Of a DNA stretch of 33,939 nucleotides, positions 32,325 to 33,939 are shown one piece after another. Made by a program: the position numbers and the translations under genes. The notes beneath the pieces were generated by a model, which saw nothing but the letters and a program-made list of their open reading frames with translations, had not been told where the DNA came from and did not search any database. Source of the stretch: a virus (taxonomy: Duplodnaviria > Caudoviricetes); the IMG/VR virus record IMGVR_UViG_3300042868_002233, positions 1 to 33,939 of that record; one strand, 5' to 3'. Position 1 is the first letter of the stretch. Each line of letters starts with the position of its first letter.

Positions 32325-33939
32325 TTATTCCTTTTTACTTAGAATGTCTCTAATTAAGTTTGATTTGCCTTTAACGCCAGCTACTGGACCTAAAGTTTCT
32401 TGTTCAAATTTTTGTCCTGCTCGGCGCTCACGGGCTTGTTTTGCCATAGTACCTAGGGGTATAACATTTATATTTAGTCCTACTTCAAGCAATTTTCCAG
32501 CTTTTTCCGCAAGACCGGCAACCAAAGTGTTGCTATTGTTTGCAAAACTACCTTTGGGTTGAGCCATAACTTTTTTAGATACTTCGCCTAAATCCCTAAG
32601 AGTTTGAGCCGTAGCGCCATCAAAAATGTTTTGCAATTTAGGGTCTAATTCTTTTAATGCATTGTTATAAGCAGCTTGGGAAAAATTGCCTTGTTGATCT
32701 ACTGATTTGTTTCTTAAATGCTCAACAATATTGGCAGCTACTGCGTATTGGCCATCGGTTCCTTTGCCAAGGGCATCCATCATAGTTTGAACATTCTTTT
32801 CAGTTCCCTTGTTTTTACTTAGTACAAAAACATTTACAAAGTTTTCAGGCGCAACCTTATCGTCAACGGCTGCTTTATAAGCTGGGTCTCGTTTAAGGGC
32901 CTCAAAACGCTCTTTGGCTGCTGTTCTTGCGGCATCTGCTAAGGGTTTAAGTGCTGCAGCCTCGCCAGTTAACGGTAAAGCCTCTAACGAGTCTCTAACT
33001 ATAGAAAGAGCCATAGAGGCATTTCCATCGTTTGCAGCCTCTGCTTTTCTTATTTCTGTAGCCAAATTAGTACGCAATGCCTCAAACTGTTCAAAATCCA
33101 TCTTGCCGCCATCACGATAGGCCTGTAACTGTCTCTGGATTGTGGGTGGCACAAATTCGCTTTTGAGTTTTTTGCTTAATTGCACATCGGCATTGTTTAC
33201 AAATGCGCGAGAATTAATTGGAAAATCACCGCCCGCTGCCGTTTCTAAATCTTTATATAAACCGTTAATAATGGTTCGCCGGTCATTGTCTATACCTTTG
33301 TAGGTATCAATAACAATTTGACCAAAATCAGATGGTTTCGAGCCTGGCAAATCGGGGGCTGCGCGGTCACGAATGGCAGATAAGTTTTCAATTAATGCTT
33401 TATTTGTTTCGCCCATGCGGTAGGCAATATTTGGCAATTCGCCACGGCGGTTTAACTCGTTACTGAGCGCCACCAAATCTCCAGTTGCTTGTCCACGGGT
33501 CATATAAATGGGTACTGGCAAATTTAACGCTTGAACATGAGACTCTAAAGCGGGAAGGTTAATTTTATTTATTGAGATTTTTCTAACCTCATTTTGCAAT
33601 TCGGCTGGCAGCGCATCAATGGCTGCTCTAATTGCTACAGGGTCACGCCGGCCAGCTGCGCCAACACTTGCTAAACCTGGCAGTCCTGGCGGGTCTTGCT
33701 TAAATTGCGGAGCCGTTCCCTCAACAACCGCCTTAACATTTTCGTACTCTTTAGCCGACATTCTTGGCTTGCCCTCTGGCTTGGGAGGAGGCAATCGTCC
33801 CGCAGCTGTAACCGCAGTTAACTCTGGGGCTAATACTGGTGGCAGTTTTGTAGCCTCAAATGCCTTGCCAACTGTTTGTACCATTTCTTTGCCAGCTTCT
33901 GTACGGGGTACATAAGTTCCAGCTTGCATTCTTGCCTTA
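32325..33939 (-). CDS. C-terminal part of the large ejection protein (starts at 787 across the join)
   Basis: Open frame to the end of the window; TRGQATGD motif, helical body and NNSNT motif near the C-terminus. Confidence 0.8.
   Translation of the reverse strand, partial: KARMQAGTYVPRTEAGKEMVQTVGKAFEATKLPPVLAPELTAVTAAGRLPPPKPEGKPRMSAKEYENVKAVVEGTAPQFKQDPPGLPGLASVGAAGRRDPVAIRAAIDALPAELQNEVRKISINKINLPALESHVQALNLPVPIYMTRGQATGDLVALSNELNRRGELPNIAYRMGETNKALIENLSAIRDRAAPDLPGSKPSDFGQIVIDTYKGIDNDRRTIINGLYKDLETAAGGDFPINSRAFVNNADVQLSKKLKSEFVPPTIQRQLQAYRDGGKMDFEQFEALRTNLATEIRKAEAANDGNASMALSIVRDSLEALPLTGEAAALKPLADAARTAAKERFEALKRDPAYKAAVDDKVAPENFVNVFVLSKNKGTEKNVQTMMDALGKGTDGQYAVAANIVEHLRNKSVDQQGNFSQAAYNNALKELDPKLQNIFDGATAQTLRDLGEVSKKVMAQPKGSFANNSNTLVAGLAEKAGKLLEVGLNINVIPLGTMAKQARERRAGQKFEQETLGPVAGVKGKSNLIRDILSKKE

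Noticed and set aside
1-33939. Integrase/att site, tRNA genes, alternative genetic code, specific host assignment
   Set aside because: No recombinase motifs or cloverleafs were seen, and genes are intact in the standard code. A Gram-negative, possibly aquatic betaproteobacterial, host is plausible from gene style but cannot be shown from this sequence alone.

Overview
The window is an apparently complete, circularly permuted tailed-phage genome of about 33,805 bp. Positions 1-134 repeat at 33806-33939 with 2 synonymous mismatches. The virion module is P22-like (podovirus): TerS, TerL, P22-type portal, scaffold, coat, gp4-like adaptor, gp10-like hub, needle-like protein, three ejection proteins (one spanning the contig join), and three fibre/receptor-binding proteins. 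Most genes lie on the minus strand. A short plus-strand early operon encodes YodL-like, HTH, ERF, YqaJ exonuclease, SSB and lipoprotein genes. I recognised no integrase, CI-type repressor, polymerase, primase, helicase, tRNA or CRISPR array. Main points of interest: (1) a coupled TGT/DpdA-like transglycosylase plus a QueD homologue lacking the catalytic Cys, a candidate minimal base-modification system; (2) a 735-bp non-coding control region containing a minus-strand structured RNA, with a two-state terminator/antiterminator leader and a pseudoknotted domain, upstream of a stand-alone replication-initiator C-terminal domain; (3) a palindromic operator-like motif GTAAACWGTTTAC at the predicted promoters; (4) an antisense mini-operon overlapping the 3' end of a 463-aa orphan gene, resembling an effector/immunity pair. 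All family assignments come from motifs and gene order read by eye; no database search was run.
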